In this document: positions 1-64,000 of the stretch, in pieces
Layout: the number at the start of each line of letters is the position of its first letter
Numbering within the stretch: position 1 is the first letter of the stretch
Source: Podarcis pityusensis
Lineage: Eukaryota
Direction: 5' to 3' (one strand)
Assembly (NCBI GenBank): GCA_964106645.2
Contig: OZ067038.1
Length of the DNA: 64,000 nucleotides
Made by a program: the position numbers and the translations under genes
The notes under the pieces: model-generated
What the model saw: the letters and a program-made list of their open reading frames with translations, nothing else
Database searches by the model: none
Told to the model about the DNA's origin: nothing

Positions 1-547
1 CCAATTTGGGATCCACACATCCTTCCACAGTGGGGACATTGGCTTCCGGGCGGGAGTTGATCATGGTGAGGGTTTGCCAAGCCTGCCTTCCTCTTAGCAC
101 ATTTCTTCCTTTCATCCTGAGTTTGAGTGTCTTCAAAGCCCATGACACCTTTGGTAAAGGCTGTTCTACACCTGGAACACTTGCAAGCCAGTTTCCCCCC
201 AGTTATCAGTGCTTATACTACATTTTTTAAAAAGATTTGTCTTTGAGAGCATCTTTAAACCTCTTTTGTTGTCCACCAGTATTTCGGTATTGCATCATGC
301 ATGGGTAGGAACTGTGCAACAAGGGTGACTCCATATTGCCCCAAATGGCAAACTACTCTGCCTGTTTGTTTATATCTGGGCAAAGTGAATAGTTTTCAGG
401 TGTTGAATGCGAAACTTGAGGAAGACTGTTTAGTGTGCTTGGCAGTGGGAGGTTTTTTGGAAGCTAAGGTTGCGGGCAGCAGGACTGAGGTGTTTTAAGA
501 ATATTAAATGAAATCCCCTTGTATTCACCAGCTGTTGTCTTTCACAG

Positions 548-601
548 CAAAAGTGTACTGTTGAGTACAGCAGTGAATCTGGATCAGATACCGACATGGA
601 G
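548..601 (+). CDS. Probable internal 54-nt exon of the same gene (QKCTVEYSSESGSDTDME)
   Basis: Acceptor ttgtctttcacag|CAA and donor GAG|gtaata, phase 0-0. An alternative acceptor is possible at 532. Confidence 0.45.
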
Positions 602-643
602 GTAATATATAGATACAAAGTTTTTATCTATCCAAAAGCTATA

Positions 644-869
644 CTGTGGTACCTCGGGTTACATACGCTTCAGATTACAGACTCAGCTAACCCAGAAATA
701 TTACCTCGGGTTAAGAACTTTACCTCAGGATGAGAACAGAAATCGTGCTCTGATGGCACGGTAGCAGCAGGAGGCCCCATTAGCTAAAGTGGTGCTTCAG
801 GTTAAGAACGGTTTCAGGTTAAGAACGGACCTCCAGAACGAATAAAGTACTTAACCCGAGGTACCACTG
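644..869. mobile_element. Tc1/mariner (Tigger-like) MITE
   Basis: TIRs ctgtggtacctcgggtta / taacccgaggtaccactg, flanked by TA on both sides. Confidence 0.9.
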
Positions 870-996
870 TATAAGTTTAATTGCAACACAATCCCAACCA
901 TTTTTAGTCAGATTTAAGTCCTATTGAATTAAATTTACTCCCAAGTAAGGCTTTCCCTTTGGAAGCCTTGTGTGGTGATGAAGTTGTTCCAGTAAA

Positions 997-1000
<4 letters not shown>

Positions 1001-1030
<30 letters not shown>
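1001..1030. repeat. (GT)15 microsatellite
   Basis: Read directly from the sequence. Confidence 0.95.
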
Positions 1031-1032
<2 letters not shown>

Positions 1033-1280
1033 CACCCTATGATATATATATATTTAATAGAAGTTGCTCAACACTTTTAAAACTTAAAGATGTAGCATGT
1101 TGTTAGGAGAAGAGCACCCTGTAGGGTTGTGGGCATTCAACAAAGCCCAACTTGCAGTGAATGCATTGAAATTAATGGGTGTGTTAACCATGTCCATTCA
1201 TTTCAATGGGTCTACTCTCAATAGGACTAGTGCTTCAAAGAAGGTAGATAGTGAACATGCAGGCACGCAAAGACATAGAC

Positions 1281-1554
1281 CAGGGGTCGGCAACCTAAGG
1301 CCCATGGGCCACAAGCGGCCCACGGGGGTCATTTAACCGGCCCACGAGCCGCCCCCAAACTGAGCCACCCTCTCGGTGAGTCCCTGTGCGCTGAGCTAAA
1401 CCGGCACAGCGCCTTGCTTCCGCAGCGCTGAAAATCGCGTCTGCGCAGATGCAGATGCCAAAAATTGTGGGCGTGGGAGCTCATGATCCAGCCCATGGAG
1501 GGATCTCCACTGGAGTGAACCGGCCCAGGCGAGGTAAACCTTGTTGACCCCCTG
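1281..1554. mobile_element. hAT-type MITE
   Basis: TIRs caggggtcggcaacc / ttgttgaccccctg with a near-duplicated target, acatagac / acatatagac. Confidence 0.8.
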
Positions 1555-3354
1555 ACATATAGACATACACAGTTCGGGTTGTCGAGTCCAAACTTTGGCT
1601 CCTGAGACTCAGATTTTCTGCAGTCAAATGCTCAGGGCAGCAAGTTTAAATCTCATGTTCATCTATAAGACCACTTCCTTCCTTTGAATTTTGGGTCTAG
1701 GAGTTTCGCAGTAGTATTTTAAAATGTGATATTAAAAAAATACCCTAAAAGAGAGAACATTCCCTCCCGCCCCCAAAAATGAAAATTTGTAGCATTCTCC
1801 CCACCCTGCAGCCAAAACCCCAAAGAACCCAGTTATTTCCACCTGCAGAATGTTTGGTTCCACCCCCATTAAACTGGTCCACATCCCTTGCTTTTTGCAC
1901 CAGTTTTCTCTCTCTTAAGAGTTGGCAACCCTATGGCATCATGAGGTACCATTTTGTGGTGTTAGCGGAAAAATCCGAGGGCTCCCTTGGACAAAAAGTA
2001 AAGACACCAACTAGGATAACTTGGAGCAAAACAGCAGCCTGTAGGCTTGGCCTTTATTGAACTGTTGCAACAGGGTGTTCCCCTCACTTGCAGGAGAGAG
2101 AAAAGACACAGAAAAATGGTGTGCAAGACCTTATAAAAACTTTTGAAATTCCCATCCTGTAGGTCAAGCCCACCCCCAGAAACATCATGCATACATTACA
2201 GAAAGGAGGGGTTGAGGGAGGAGTTGTGGTGGCAACCTGAGTGTCCTGTCACCTGGCTGGTTCCCTTCTCCCCCTCCCCATGAGTCATTTTCAGAAGACA
2301 AAAGGTAGTCGCAGTTTCCTGCCCCCTGAGGGAAGATCTGATCATTGTCCTTTGTTTCAGTCCATGCTGAATCCACTCCCATATGGAAGTTCTTTGTGAT
2401 CTTGATTGTCTTCTGTCTAGGACCATCAGGGTTGGCATAGCAACTGGGCAGGGCACCTGTGGATGTGCTGGGATGTTCAAGGGATTATGGCTGGCCTGTA
2501 TCAAACCTTCCCCATTTTGTAGTCCTTCCTTCATGGAGTAAAATAAAAGTGGAACAGTGCAAATCCGATGTATGGTTGATTTTCTATGAATTTATAACAG
2601 AAGCGTAGCGTATGTAGTGTGTGAGTGTTGAGTGTGTGTGAAGTTTGTACAAACTGAATGATGGGGGGGGGGGGGTTCCCGCCCAACCCTCTGAGCGTCC
2701 AGCTTTGCTGTGCCAGAGACCTGGCACCGATACTATTAGTATGATTACTCATTAGTTGCTTTTCTAAAAAAAAAAAAAGTGACCCAAAGCGACTTATAAA
2801 TGCTTAGCAACTTCTTTCATCTCAACGTTGTATGAGGGCTCCTCTTGGTCACGCGGATGAATTCTGATGCATTTATTTGCACCTTGTACAAGCAAGCAAT
2901 TGAGAAATAAGCTCCAGGTCACAGAATTCTTCTGCCGAGTCTTTGCTCTGCTGATTGAGCTGAATTAGGAATTCATCCCGCCCCCTGGTGATAACATGGA
3001 AGCAGATTAAGCACTTTGCCTGCTCCAGTGTCTGCTTATTCCCTGGTACAGATTGCTCCTAACTATCTCCCCAAACACCTTATGGAAAGCAATTGATAAG
3101 TGATTATCTTAAAAGGGCAGTATAATGGGTTTCCACGAGGCTGTTAAATTACATTTTGCCTTTGGGCTCCAGAAAGCGAAGCTTTTACCCAAGCGTTTTG
3201 TATCTCTGGGTTGCTGCGCGGTGCATTTGGTTGTGTACTTAGATTGGCTAGCACTTATCTTCAAGGTTGCCGCTGGCCAATACACGTACAGTATAGCAGA
3301 AAAGCAAATACAGTACTAAGCAGCAAAGGTCTCCCTTGAAAGCAGAGCACAGTC

Positions 3355-3604
3355 CAGGGGTCAGCAAACTTTTTCAGCAGGGGGCCGGTCCACTGTCCCT
3401 CAGACCTTGTGGTGGGCCCGACTCTATTTTTTGGGGGGAAATTAACGAATCCCTATGCCCCACAAATAACCCAGAGATGCATTTTAAATAAAAGCACACA
3501 TTCTACTCATGTAAAAACACGCTGATTCCCGGACTGTCCGCAGGCCGGCTTTAGAAGACGATTGGGCCGAATCCGGCCCCTGGGCCTTAGTTTGCCTACC
3601 CATG
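3355..3604. mobile_element. hAT-type MITE
   Basis: Ends caggggtcagcaaact / agtttgcctacccatg with internal ggccgaatccggccc motifs. Confidence 0.8.
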
Positions 3605-4112
3605 GAATTGGAGACAAGAGCCTGAATCCAGCTCCGGCTGCTACAGTTTGTGGGTCTTTTATGGCGTCTGCTTGTTGCATTGGGCTGCTTGTTGGACATA
3701 GCCTGCCCTGCACTGAATTTGAATGCAATAAGGGATTTTGTTCTTTCAGCTAGCAATGCCATTGTAGTAGAGTATTTTAATGAATTGTTGGCTATGAAAC
3801 ATCTCATAATGATATGCAGCATCAACTTTGTATCGGATGCAGATACAGGTGGAATCTAGACACATTAAAAAATGCTGTGAAAATGCTTTAAAAAAAGTTT
3901 TAAAATATATATTGAATTTGCAGTTGGCTCATCATCTAGTGTCACTTTGGATAATGCACTTAAAACATATTTGCAGCTGTATAGTTGAGCACAGACAGGG
4001 ATACAAATCTGCACTTTAAAGGGCTTGTTGGAAAAAGGAGGTATTCAGAGTACCTTATCAAGAGGTCAAAATCACTAGCTAAAGAATGTGAAAGTAGAGA
4101 ATGTGTACCTTA

Positions 4113-4462
4113 AAGGTAAAGGGACCCTTGACCATTAGGTCCAGTCGTGGCCGACTCTGGGGTTGCGGTGCTCATCTTGCTTTATTGGCCAAGGGAGCCG
4201 GCGTACAGCTTCCGGGTCATGCGGCCAGCATGACTAAGCCGCTTCTGGCGAACCAGAGCAGCGCACGGAAACGCCGTTTACCTTCCCGCCGGAGCGGTAC
4301 CTATTTATCTACTTGCACTTTGACGTGCTTTCGAACTGCTAGGTTGGCAGGAGCAGGGACTGAGCAACGGGAGCTCACCCCGTCACGGGGATTCGAACCG
4401 CCGACCTTCTGATCAGCAAGTCCTAGGCTCTGTGGTTTAACCCACAGCGCCACCCGCGTCCC
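4113..4462 (-). mobile_element. Sauria SINE, full length
   Basis: On the minus strand, head GGGACGCGGGTGGCGCTGTGGG and tail (ACCTTT)n. 12-bp TSD atgtgtacctta at 4101-4112 and 4465-4476. Confidence 0.95.
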
Positions 4463-4803
4463 ATATGTGTACCTTAATGCCCTTGCATCTGCACTAGAGA
4501 TAAGGCGCACTTGTGCCCCATGCCTAGATTTACCCCCATTCTAGATGGCAAGGGGAAGTGCTGAAGAATGGCAACTCTTGCATCTTACAGAAACATTTTG
4601 AAAACACACTCCCAAATTGTAAAACAGGGGCAATTATTTTGCTAGAGGCAGCTAGCTAAAACTCCAAACTGTTCCTGGTATATAGGGACAGTTGGGAGCA
4701 CATGCACACAGTGAATCTGCATAGTGTGAATGTGCTAAACTTTGAGCAGTCAGGCTTTAACCACGTGCTATATACACATCAGAAAGTGTCTTATCCAAAA
4801 CAG

Positions 4804-4857
4804 GTGCCGCCCAAGAGTGCGCTTTTGGCAGGATCCCGGGAGAGAACAAAACTTCAA
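4804..4857 (+). CDS. Probable internal 54-nt exon of the same gene (VPPKSALLAGSRERTKLQ)
   Basis: Acceptor cag|GTG and strong donor CAA|gtaagt. Phase 0-0, joining in frame to 5578. Confidence 0.5.
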
Positions 4858-5577
4858 GTAAGTTTTTGATATCTATTCTCTGCCCTCCAATGGAATTTTG
4901 CTTTGCCAGCTTTGGCACTACTCCACTTTTATGAACACATCTGCAGAATGTGCTTTCAAACAAAAATGCATTCAACAGGTGCCCGTATTATATTGTATTA
5001 TTAAAGTGGGATACTTTCTTGCTTCCACTGTTAGGCTTAGATCAGGGTGGAATTTTTCCGAAGTTATCTGAGGTTGACTATTTAGTAGTAGTTCGTTGTC
5101 TGATTAATGCAACAGTTCTTTAAATCATTTACACGCAATGCTAAGCCACTAAGTGTGAATGTTTTAACCAGTTTGTTTAAAAAACCATGAGTTATCTCAC
5201 AGGCTAGCAAATGAGCCACAGCTTAGTTTTCCAAAGCTTGGTTTCAGCTGCCCTTGCCCCGTGACTCTGTAGCATTGGGTAGGGTGGCCAAACAAAACAT
5301 AGTTAAACAAGACTGAGCACAAAAGTCCTTGCATTGGCAGAGCTTTTTAGTTGGATATTGGTGCCACATATTGGGTTGTTTTAAGAAAACATCGTTAGCA
5401 TTCTGAGCTGGTTTCAGAAGTTGAAACAAACCACCTTAGCTTGGGCTAAACAAACCACAGCTTAAGTGTTATGTGCAAATCCTGTCTAGTTTCAGGGACT
5501 CTTTCCCAAAAGTTGGCTGCTGAGAAGGAACTTTCTCTCTTGTTAAGTGAAGTCTTTTGCTGTGTCTGTTGCTTTAG

Positions 5578-6003
5578 TTCGTGGATCCTTATGATGCTGA
5601 TGATGAAGGCAACTCCAACAGTAGTTTGGGCTCCCTTGAGTTGAGTAGGGTGATCTTTCTGAAGCATCTGAGCACAGAAGACAGTGTTCTTTCAGAAGGC
5701 CCAGAACCCCTCTCTGCCTTCGCACCCATGGAAATCCCTCTAATTGTAACTCGTGAGGATGAACCTCAACTGAATGAAGCAGCTGAAGTATTGCAGATGT
5801 CCACAGAACCTTCCTGGTTTCCTGGGCCAGGTCATTCAAAGCATGCTGTTCTCTCTAAAAAATCACCTTGTGATTTTGTGCTACACCCGATGTTGGCCGA
5901 TTGTGATAATCTGCGTGAAATTCTTAAGGTCAAGAGGAAGCAAGGGAGGGCTGTCCTAGACAGTGCTGGAGAAACACCAAGGAAAAAATTGCGGATGACT
6001 TGA
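5578..6003 (+). CDS. Terminal coding exon of an uncharacterised gene convergent with DYNC1H1; acidic N-part and basic NLS-like C-terminus
   Basis: Acceptor tgtgtctgttgctttag|TTC opens a 141-codon frame, FVDPYDADDEG...ETPRKKLRMT*. AATAAA follows at 6065-6070. Confidence 0.65.
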   Translation, partial: FVDPYDADDEGNSNSSLGSLELSRVIFLKHLSTEDSVLSEGPEPLSAFAPMEIPLIVTREDEPQLNEAAEVLQMSTEPSWFPGPGHSKHAVLSKKSPCDFVLHPMLADCDNLREILKVKRKQGRAVLDSAGETPRKKLRMT

Positions 6004-7214
6004 GTTCGTATAGCTTAACTGCAATCTACCTATGTCTGTGGGTGAAAACAATGCCTGTTGTTAAAATAAATTAGGTGGAGCTCACAAGTGTGCAAGTCTT
6101 TTTAACATTTAAGCACTTCATTGTTCTTGCAAGGCCACATTACACAAAAAAGGTAATCGCAAAAGTTTTGGAAAGTTAGGAACACGTAGCACTAAAAAGG
6201 AAGTTCATACTAGAAGATGATTTCTGTCCATCAGTGAGGAAGCAGCGTTTGTGAGAAAATTTTTATACTGTTTCTCCACGCTAAATAGTCTGCACAATAA
6301 TAGTGTTATGAACTGCTGGTTTTTGGGATGTCAAGGGCAAACATGGCATGATTCACACTATACGCTGGTCATTATTTGAAGACCAAATGCTGGACTAGAC
6401 AGCCTTGTTACATCAAACTAACCATCTATGTCCTAATCCCCAACTGACTGCCTTGCTACTCCTGGCTTTGCTAGTGTCAGTCGCCTGGTAATAAAGGCAG
6501 TTTGGAAGATACCAAATCGCAGAGAATTTACCAAGAACAATTGTTATCCCTTTAGTGTGGAAATCTCACTAACACCATGCATTTCTTGCACCCCACTGAT
6601 ATAGCAGTATTCACCAGCCCTTGTGCCAGAAGCAGCTGATGCCCCCTTTTCCCACTTAACTGAGCTTTCTTCACCTTGCTAACTTGATGTGTGCAATAGG
6701 CCATAGTGTTGTTTTAAATTATTTAAGTGCAATCTTATTATTGCGAGCCTCCCTGAAGGTGGCTCACAGATTTTAGATAACGAAATAAATAGCTCTAGAA
6801 AAGTGGCCCCCAATCTGTTGCCCTCCAGTTGTTTAGGACTACAACAATTCCCAACCATTGGTCATGCTTACTGGGGTTGATGGGAATCCAACAAGAGTTG
6901 GAAGGCAAGCTTGTTCTAGAGCCTGTTTTGAAATACTTACTGTAAAAGCTGAATTGAAGGAATAAATTTATTCCAAGCTATCAGGTTGCCAAATGGCAGA
7001 CCACATTCTACAGATGGACTATATAACTCAAGCTAGCACCTCAATGTGGACTCTCTTCTGCTATAGAGGCTATTTCAAGATAGGATTGCAGTACACTTAC
7101 TTTTTGATTTTAGCTTTGTGTATATAGGCCTCTCTCTTTTGTTGGTTTATTCTCATGACAAGTGAATAAGGCACTGAAAAACCCCCCACAAAACAAGAAA
7201 TCGTGCTGTAAAGT

Positions 7215-7220
7215 TTTATT
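7215..7220 (-). promoter_or_regulatory. Polyadenylation signal AATAAA of DYNC1H1 (3' UTR about 300 nt)
   Basis: TTTATT on the plus strand 300 nt past the stop, followed on the minus strand by a U/GU-rich tract. A second AATAAA lies at 7146-7151. Confidence 0.75.
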
Positions 7221-7519
7221 TAAGCATCTGACATTAGTACACCAATCTATAACAATCCAAAAACAACAAATCCTTCTGACAGTCTTTCCAGGTACTTTTC
7301 AAACATAAATCTTTCTTAGCCACCTCTATACAGCCATCTGAAAACTTAACTATGCCTTGCAGTCCAACAGTCAACATCTAAGCACGTTTCAGATACACCT
7401 CTCTTACTCTCCTCTACATAACCATTTGACAACATAACTATGCTTTGCAGTGTTAAAACAGCCTTCTAGAACTAGATTTGAGATGCAAAAATGCTTGAAT
7501 GCTGGTTACAGCTTCCTTT

Positions 7520-58551
<51,032 letters not shown>

Positions 58552-61500
58552 CTGTAAAGAATTAGGAAATTTTTATTAACATCTCCTGCATGTCCTCTCC
58601 CCTCATTTCCTTTATGAGCCACATGTTCAGAACTTTACATTCAAGTTAGAATGCCTAAATATTTAGACACACAACACAACTTAATCTTAAACATATCTAC
58701 TCAAATTAAGTCTTGCTTTGAGGCTTGCTTCAAGGGCTGCAGCCTTGTATCCCTCAAAATGCATGACTCTGAAGCTAGATGAATTCATTAGCATTAACTT
58801 TATTGCCCCAAAACCTCTCTCTTTCCCTTTATTCTATGTTAGCCTACTCCAGCTTCTCAACAAAATCCAGTTCTTCTCATATTGAGAGGAAATCAGATTT
58901 ATTTAAAAGCAGTCAGCTTCCTCAAACAGTCTGAATTTAAGATATATATTATATATAAAAATAGCAGAAGAACTAAGATAAAAAGGGAAGAGCCCTGTTA
59001 ATAACCGATGATTCAGAGGATGATGTCACTGCTTTAGCAGCCAACACTACAGCAATGAAACCACTGCAATGCAGCCCAGCAATTCTTCCATCTAAGAGGC
59101 ACACCCAAACAGGAGAACAGAAAGAGAAAGTGCACTGGACAAAGAATAGATCTTTTCAGGAAAGAACCCTGTAATAAAGAGAACTGTATGCATTCCTTAT
59201 AATATCAGCCCCAAAAAAGCACTATTTTTCCATTATAAAGTTGCTGTCAAGAACTGTGAAACCTTTGCGCTGTGTACTTTCAATAAGCATCAATTTCCAC
59301 AAAGCTTGATTATAAACAGCAGCAACCTTGGTACTTCTCAAGTCATAGCCCTTTTCCAGGAGAAACTATACTGTAGCAAATGCCGCCAAAATGTAAGATT
59401 CTGCAAGCATGTGTCCTTTTCTCCAAATCTTATGCAAAGGCATCAGGGTTTGCTTTGCAATTAATATAAAAAGTAAAAGGTTTAATAGAGATACATTTCA
59501 CCATAGTTGACATTCAATTTGAGGAATAGATTTGAATCAATCAAGACATCAATATGTGGCTTAAACTGTACAACACTGCTTCCAGAAGAGTGTCTTTAGG
59601 ACACACAATATAGATTTCTCCGACAGACACGTTATTTGTTTTCAGCCTCAAAACTATACTATTTCAAAGACTTCTTTAGATGAGGGAGAAAGAATATGCA
59701 GGAATATGGAGTATCTACCTCCTTCACGTTGTACAAATACTACTGTTCTTTCAAAAAGTCACCCACACACAACATTTAAAAGTTTTGCAACAACAGTGTA
59801 GTGCCTCCCGCAACAGAAGTGAAAAGCTCATTAAAAAATTGTGTCAAGGAAGAGTTACATTTTATGTGTACAGATCTATGTGCACTCATACACATGAGCG
59901 CAACATACAAATGACCTTACAGTTCGGATCTCGAGAAGCTGGAAGCATTTATCTCAACAATAAGCCACTGTTTAAGCCTGCAAGTTTTTCAGGAGCAAAT
60001 GGCAATGATGTAACGAATCAATATTAACAACTAGGATGCACTATATTGATCAGGGCTCCAGTAAGACTCATAGAGCTCTCTTTGGTTTATATTTAACATT
60101 GCATTAGCAACTGCTACACTATCTGCACTACAACCCAAACTCTTCAGGCACATTGCCTATCAAAAAGATACAGGGAGACAGCCAACTAATTCATGCTTAG
60201 AGTAGACCCATTGAAATCAATAAACTTAATGGTCCATTTATTATTAAATTTGTATATGACTTAGTAGGCAATCACCCACAAAAAACTAATAGTTCACAAA
60301 GGGGGGGGGGAATCATTAGAACTATTCCAGGACTATGATTTAGTCATGGAATTACAATTGGTCTGTTTACACTCATTAAAGCTGCTCATGAACCACAGAG
60401 AAAGTTATGCTAGGGCCTAGAATATGGCTGCCATAAGTCTGGATTTTCTCAGACATTACAGGGATTTCAAAGATGGAATTGACATCTGGGAGGAATTTCC
60501 GAAAGGTGGCACTTTGTCCTGGATCTTAGGCAAGTCAATTGGAAATTTGCAGGGTGACCAGGTTTTTACTTCTTGAAATATGGTAACCCTAGCCTGGAAT
60601 AACTATTATTGCTCAGGGACTTCAATAAGATATCTATGCCAGGGGTAGCCAACATGGTGCACTTTCAGACTCCAATTCCCATCATCTATCACGGGCCATG
60701 CTGACTAGGGCTGATAGGTGCTTCAATCTCAAACATCTGGAAGGCACAATGTTAGCTATCCCAATAAGCTCTCTAGTTCTAGTCTATCTAAAACAAATAT
60801 TATACTTTTTTATGTTTAAATTTACATAGCTCAGTCCTCTACAAAGGTTCTCTTGTTTATCTAAGCAGCCAGCAGAACTCAGCAAGCAGGCCAGGCTGTC
60901 TTTCTGAGTGACACCTGGGCACTGAGAAATCCTACCAACAGAGTTAATGTTTGGAAAATGGGAAGCACCTCCTGGGGAGGGATTAACAATGTTCAGAAGT
61001 GGGGGCAGGGTGCTTACCAACAGCAAATTCTTGCAGAAGATTATAGTTACAAATAATACTTAGAAAACCTCCGTCTACAGTAGCTGATAGTAAAAGCTTT
61101 CCAAAAAGGCCAGACTGAAGCTGATGCAAAATCTCAATAATTCACTAAAAGCTTTCCAAAGGCCAAACTTACACTAGTAGCCAATCAACATCTTACCACT
61201 GTATATGTAGAGACGTTTTCCTTTCGGACTGCGATATACTGCTGACTACAGTACAGGTAACTTGCAACTTATGCACATTTAACTTTATGCACTTGGTAAA
61301 ATTAGAAAATAAAAAGGGGGTGGACGTCAGAGGAAAAAATACTTTAGCAATCCCACCTGCCATTGAACCCAACTATATGCAATTTTGGTGTTAGGCACCA
61401 TCCCTGGAATGTAATCCCAATATAAACTGAGAGCCGTCTGTAATCTTATCAGCATGCCTTAAAAACAACAACAACCCACGCACATTCATATACCCCAGCC

Positions 61501-64000
61501 AGCTTGGAGAATGGCAGAGGAGATGCAATTACAGTAGCTGGAGTGCTGGGATTATTGACATTACATCTTGAGAACCGTACATAACAAACCTGTGGCCTTT
61601 CAGATGTTGTTGGACCACAACTGCAGATCCCGACCATTGGCAGGCTATGACTGATAGCATGATCGAAATAAAAAGTCCACCAACCGTCTAGAATGATGGC
61701 TTACCCAGAAAGTACCATGCTTCCCTTGCTATATAAACGGCTCAGGACCGCAGTACCTCAAGGACCACCTCTCTCCATATGAACCTACCTAGACCCCGAG
61801 ATCATCCTCTGAGGCCCTTCTTCCATGTCCTAAAAATGCCTTCAACAAATGAATTTAGAAATACATGGCCCCTGCATGCAAGAACAGACATACTGGTACT
61901 TCCTTATGGCATTATACCTCAAGTTCCTACAAAGACATACATAGCAGAAGATCTGACACGCAACACATATTTTTCTCTACAAGGAGACTTATGGTGTTTG
62001 CTGACCAAGAGAGGAAGGGGTTGAAGACTAGAATGATCCTGTGCTTACTACTTGCCCAATCTGTAGGGAACTAGGGAAGATGTGAGTGGAAGCAAACAGG
62101 CTAATCCTCCCATACATGGAAGCATGGGATCTACAATTAACGGCCACCCAACAAGCCCCAGGTACTGGTCTGCCCTTCTAGTTGACAACCTATAAGCCAA
62201 AAGAGTATGGTATCCATGTTGTCCAGTTCTGCCAAAGGACAATTGGAGATAAGACGAGGTGAACCAGAATGTCACCATTTGTCATTCTCAGTGGAAAATG
62301 GGAAGTGCAGTTCTACATAAAAATGTAGAGTTGGAAGCAGTGTTAGAAATTCCCCAGGTGCCAGGTGCGTTTTGCTAGTGGGTCCAATTTTGACCAGATG
62401 GATATCTCTGGATGCCAGGTTGGCAACTGACATCTTCATCTGGCTGGATGCTCCAGCTTTCTTAAGCATACAAGAAAAGTTTATTACATTTACAGCCCAC
62501 CTTTTTATCCAAGGAGTACATGATTTATCCCCTCAGTTAATCCCTACAATGACCCTGAGACGTAGGTTAAGCAGCTGTGACAGGCCCAAGGTCAACAAAT
62601 GAGCTTCATGAGCCCTCATTCCCAGGTCCTAGTCAGATGCTCTAAACCAGGCATGGCCCAACTTGACTACAACTCCCATCATTCCTAGCTAACAGGACCA
62701 GTGATCAGGGATGATGGGAACTGTAGTCCCAAAACATCTGGAGGGCCAAGTCTGGCCATGCCTGCAACATACACCACACTGGCTTCCCAGAGTTCTTCTG
62801 CTATGGGGCAGCTATATAAAATAAGTAGGTAAATAAATGTGGGGGAAACAAAATGTCACAGAGAAGGATCTGAAATATTATCCTTCAAGCCTGGAATTTG
62901 TTTTATTCGATGTTTTAATGTGCTGTAAACCACTTCAAGATTTTTTTTCTTTAAAATATAAAGTGGTATAGAAATGAAATGAATATTAATAATAAATCTC
63001 ATTGCAAAAAGGGAAAAAAGGCACATAGACATTCCGTTCTGGAGACAACGTAGGTCTAAGGTGCAATTTGGCATATACATCTGAGTTTCTAACACTGGTT
63101 GGAAGGAAACCCAATGGTCACCTAGTCCAACCCCAAGCAATGCATGGAATCTAGTTCCTGATGAGAGGGTGAAAGTGCATTAGAAAATAGTGTACTGTGC
63201 CAATATAGATAACCGAGCAACCCTGTGAAAGTGAAGCACTGTCACTTTGCCCTTGAACCCAGGGTTGTCAGTGTTTTTTAACTGGCTTTTACCTTTGCCT
63301 TTAACATCAGCGTGACAGTCAGGCAAGAAACAGCAACCCTGTTTATCTCCATGCCAGGAAAAGCTTCACCTATACTGATTCTGGCACACCAAGCTGTTGT
63401 CAAAGGCATAGAAGCCAACCAGATGGCGGTTTGTCTTCCTGGCAACTTGGCAAGCCTACTATCCACCTTCTGCGTACTCTGCATCACCGTGCTCAGAAGA
63501 AGTCAATCCCACACTGGGAATTCCTCTCACGCAAGCAGAGCATTACTGTGTGCTGTACCTTGGACTATTAACCCAGCGATCATGCTCATTTTACATGTGG
63601 AAAGGCCTCACTCCGCTTGAATCCCCAAAGATCCTCTGCCTGTCTGGACAACAAAGAAGCATGTGACAATTTCCAGAGCGGTGTTGCAGCAAAAACAAGC
63701 CTCGCTGCATCCTAAATATTTCATTCTTTTATGGCGTGAGGTGATAGCATGGATGAGAGCCCAGATGCATGAAACCTCCGCCTCAGTTGGCAGGTGTGTG
63801 TGCGTTTTGAGAAGAACGAGGATAGATAACGCCAGTGCACCCACATTAAACAGAAATAATTTGAAATGGTGTGAGGCAGCTTCCTATCTGTGCAAGCTCC
63901 ACACAGGCAGGTATGGCCTGACTTTTACTGTTTTATTTGTGGCACTGAGGGTCACTGCATCGACTTGCAAAAAAAGGCTTTACTCATGCAGATCTAGGTA

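Noticed and set aside
2094-3848. Extra plus-strand exon candidates at 2094-2118, from 2361, and at 3750-3848
   Set aside because: Weak donors, in-frame stops, or phases incompatible with the 548/4804/5578 chain.
4101-4412. Three similar ORFs (4101, 16834, 54150) containing HAASMTKPLLANQSSA-like peptides
   Set aside because: They are antisense translations of Sauria SINE copies, not a gene family.
58552-64000. DYNC1H1 exon 1, its promoter, or an independent ORF such as 63312..63620
   Set aside because: There is no CpG island and no MSEPGG-like coding sequence. The region reads as intron 1 with repeat fragments.

Overview
This is vertebrate genomic DNA from a squamate reptile. The Sauria SINE, Squam3-like SINE and MITE content suggests a lacertid lizard. 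Most of the window (7.5-58.6 kb, minus strand) is the cytoplasmic dynein-1 heavy chain gene DYNC1H1. I traced exons 2-78 with an intact reading frame; exon 1 lies beyond the right edge. The first 6 kb carry the probable 3' exons of a small, unrecognised, convergent plus-strand gene. Introns hold SINEs, hAT and Tc1/mariner MITEs, and L1/L2 fragments. The main finding is that exon 52, which encodes helices H1-H4 of the microtubule-binding domain (MTBD), occurs as two tandem copies. Both are 196 nt with the same splice phases, and they are 73% identical in protein with heavily diverged synonymous sites. The 306-nt intron between them folds into a ~40-bp stem, and four RBFOX motifs (UGCAUG) surround the pair. 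Together this looks like a regulated, mutually exclusive splicing switch that swaps dynein's microtubule-binding surface.
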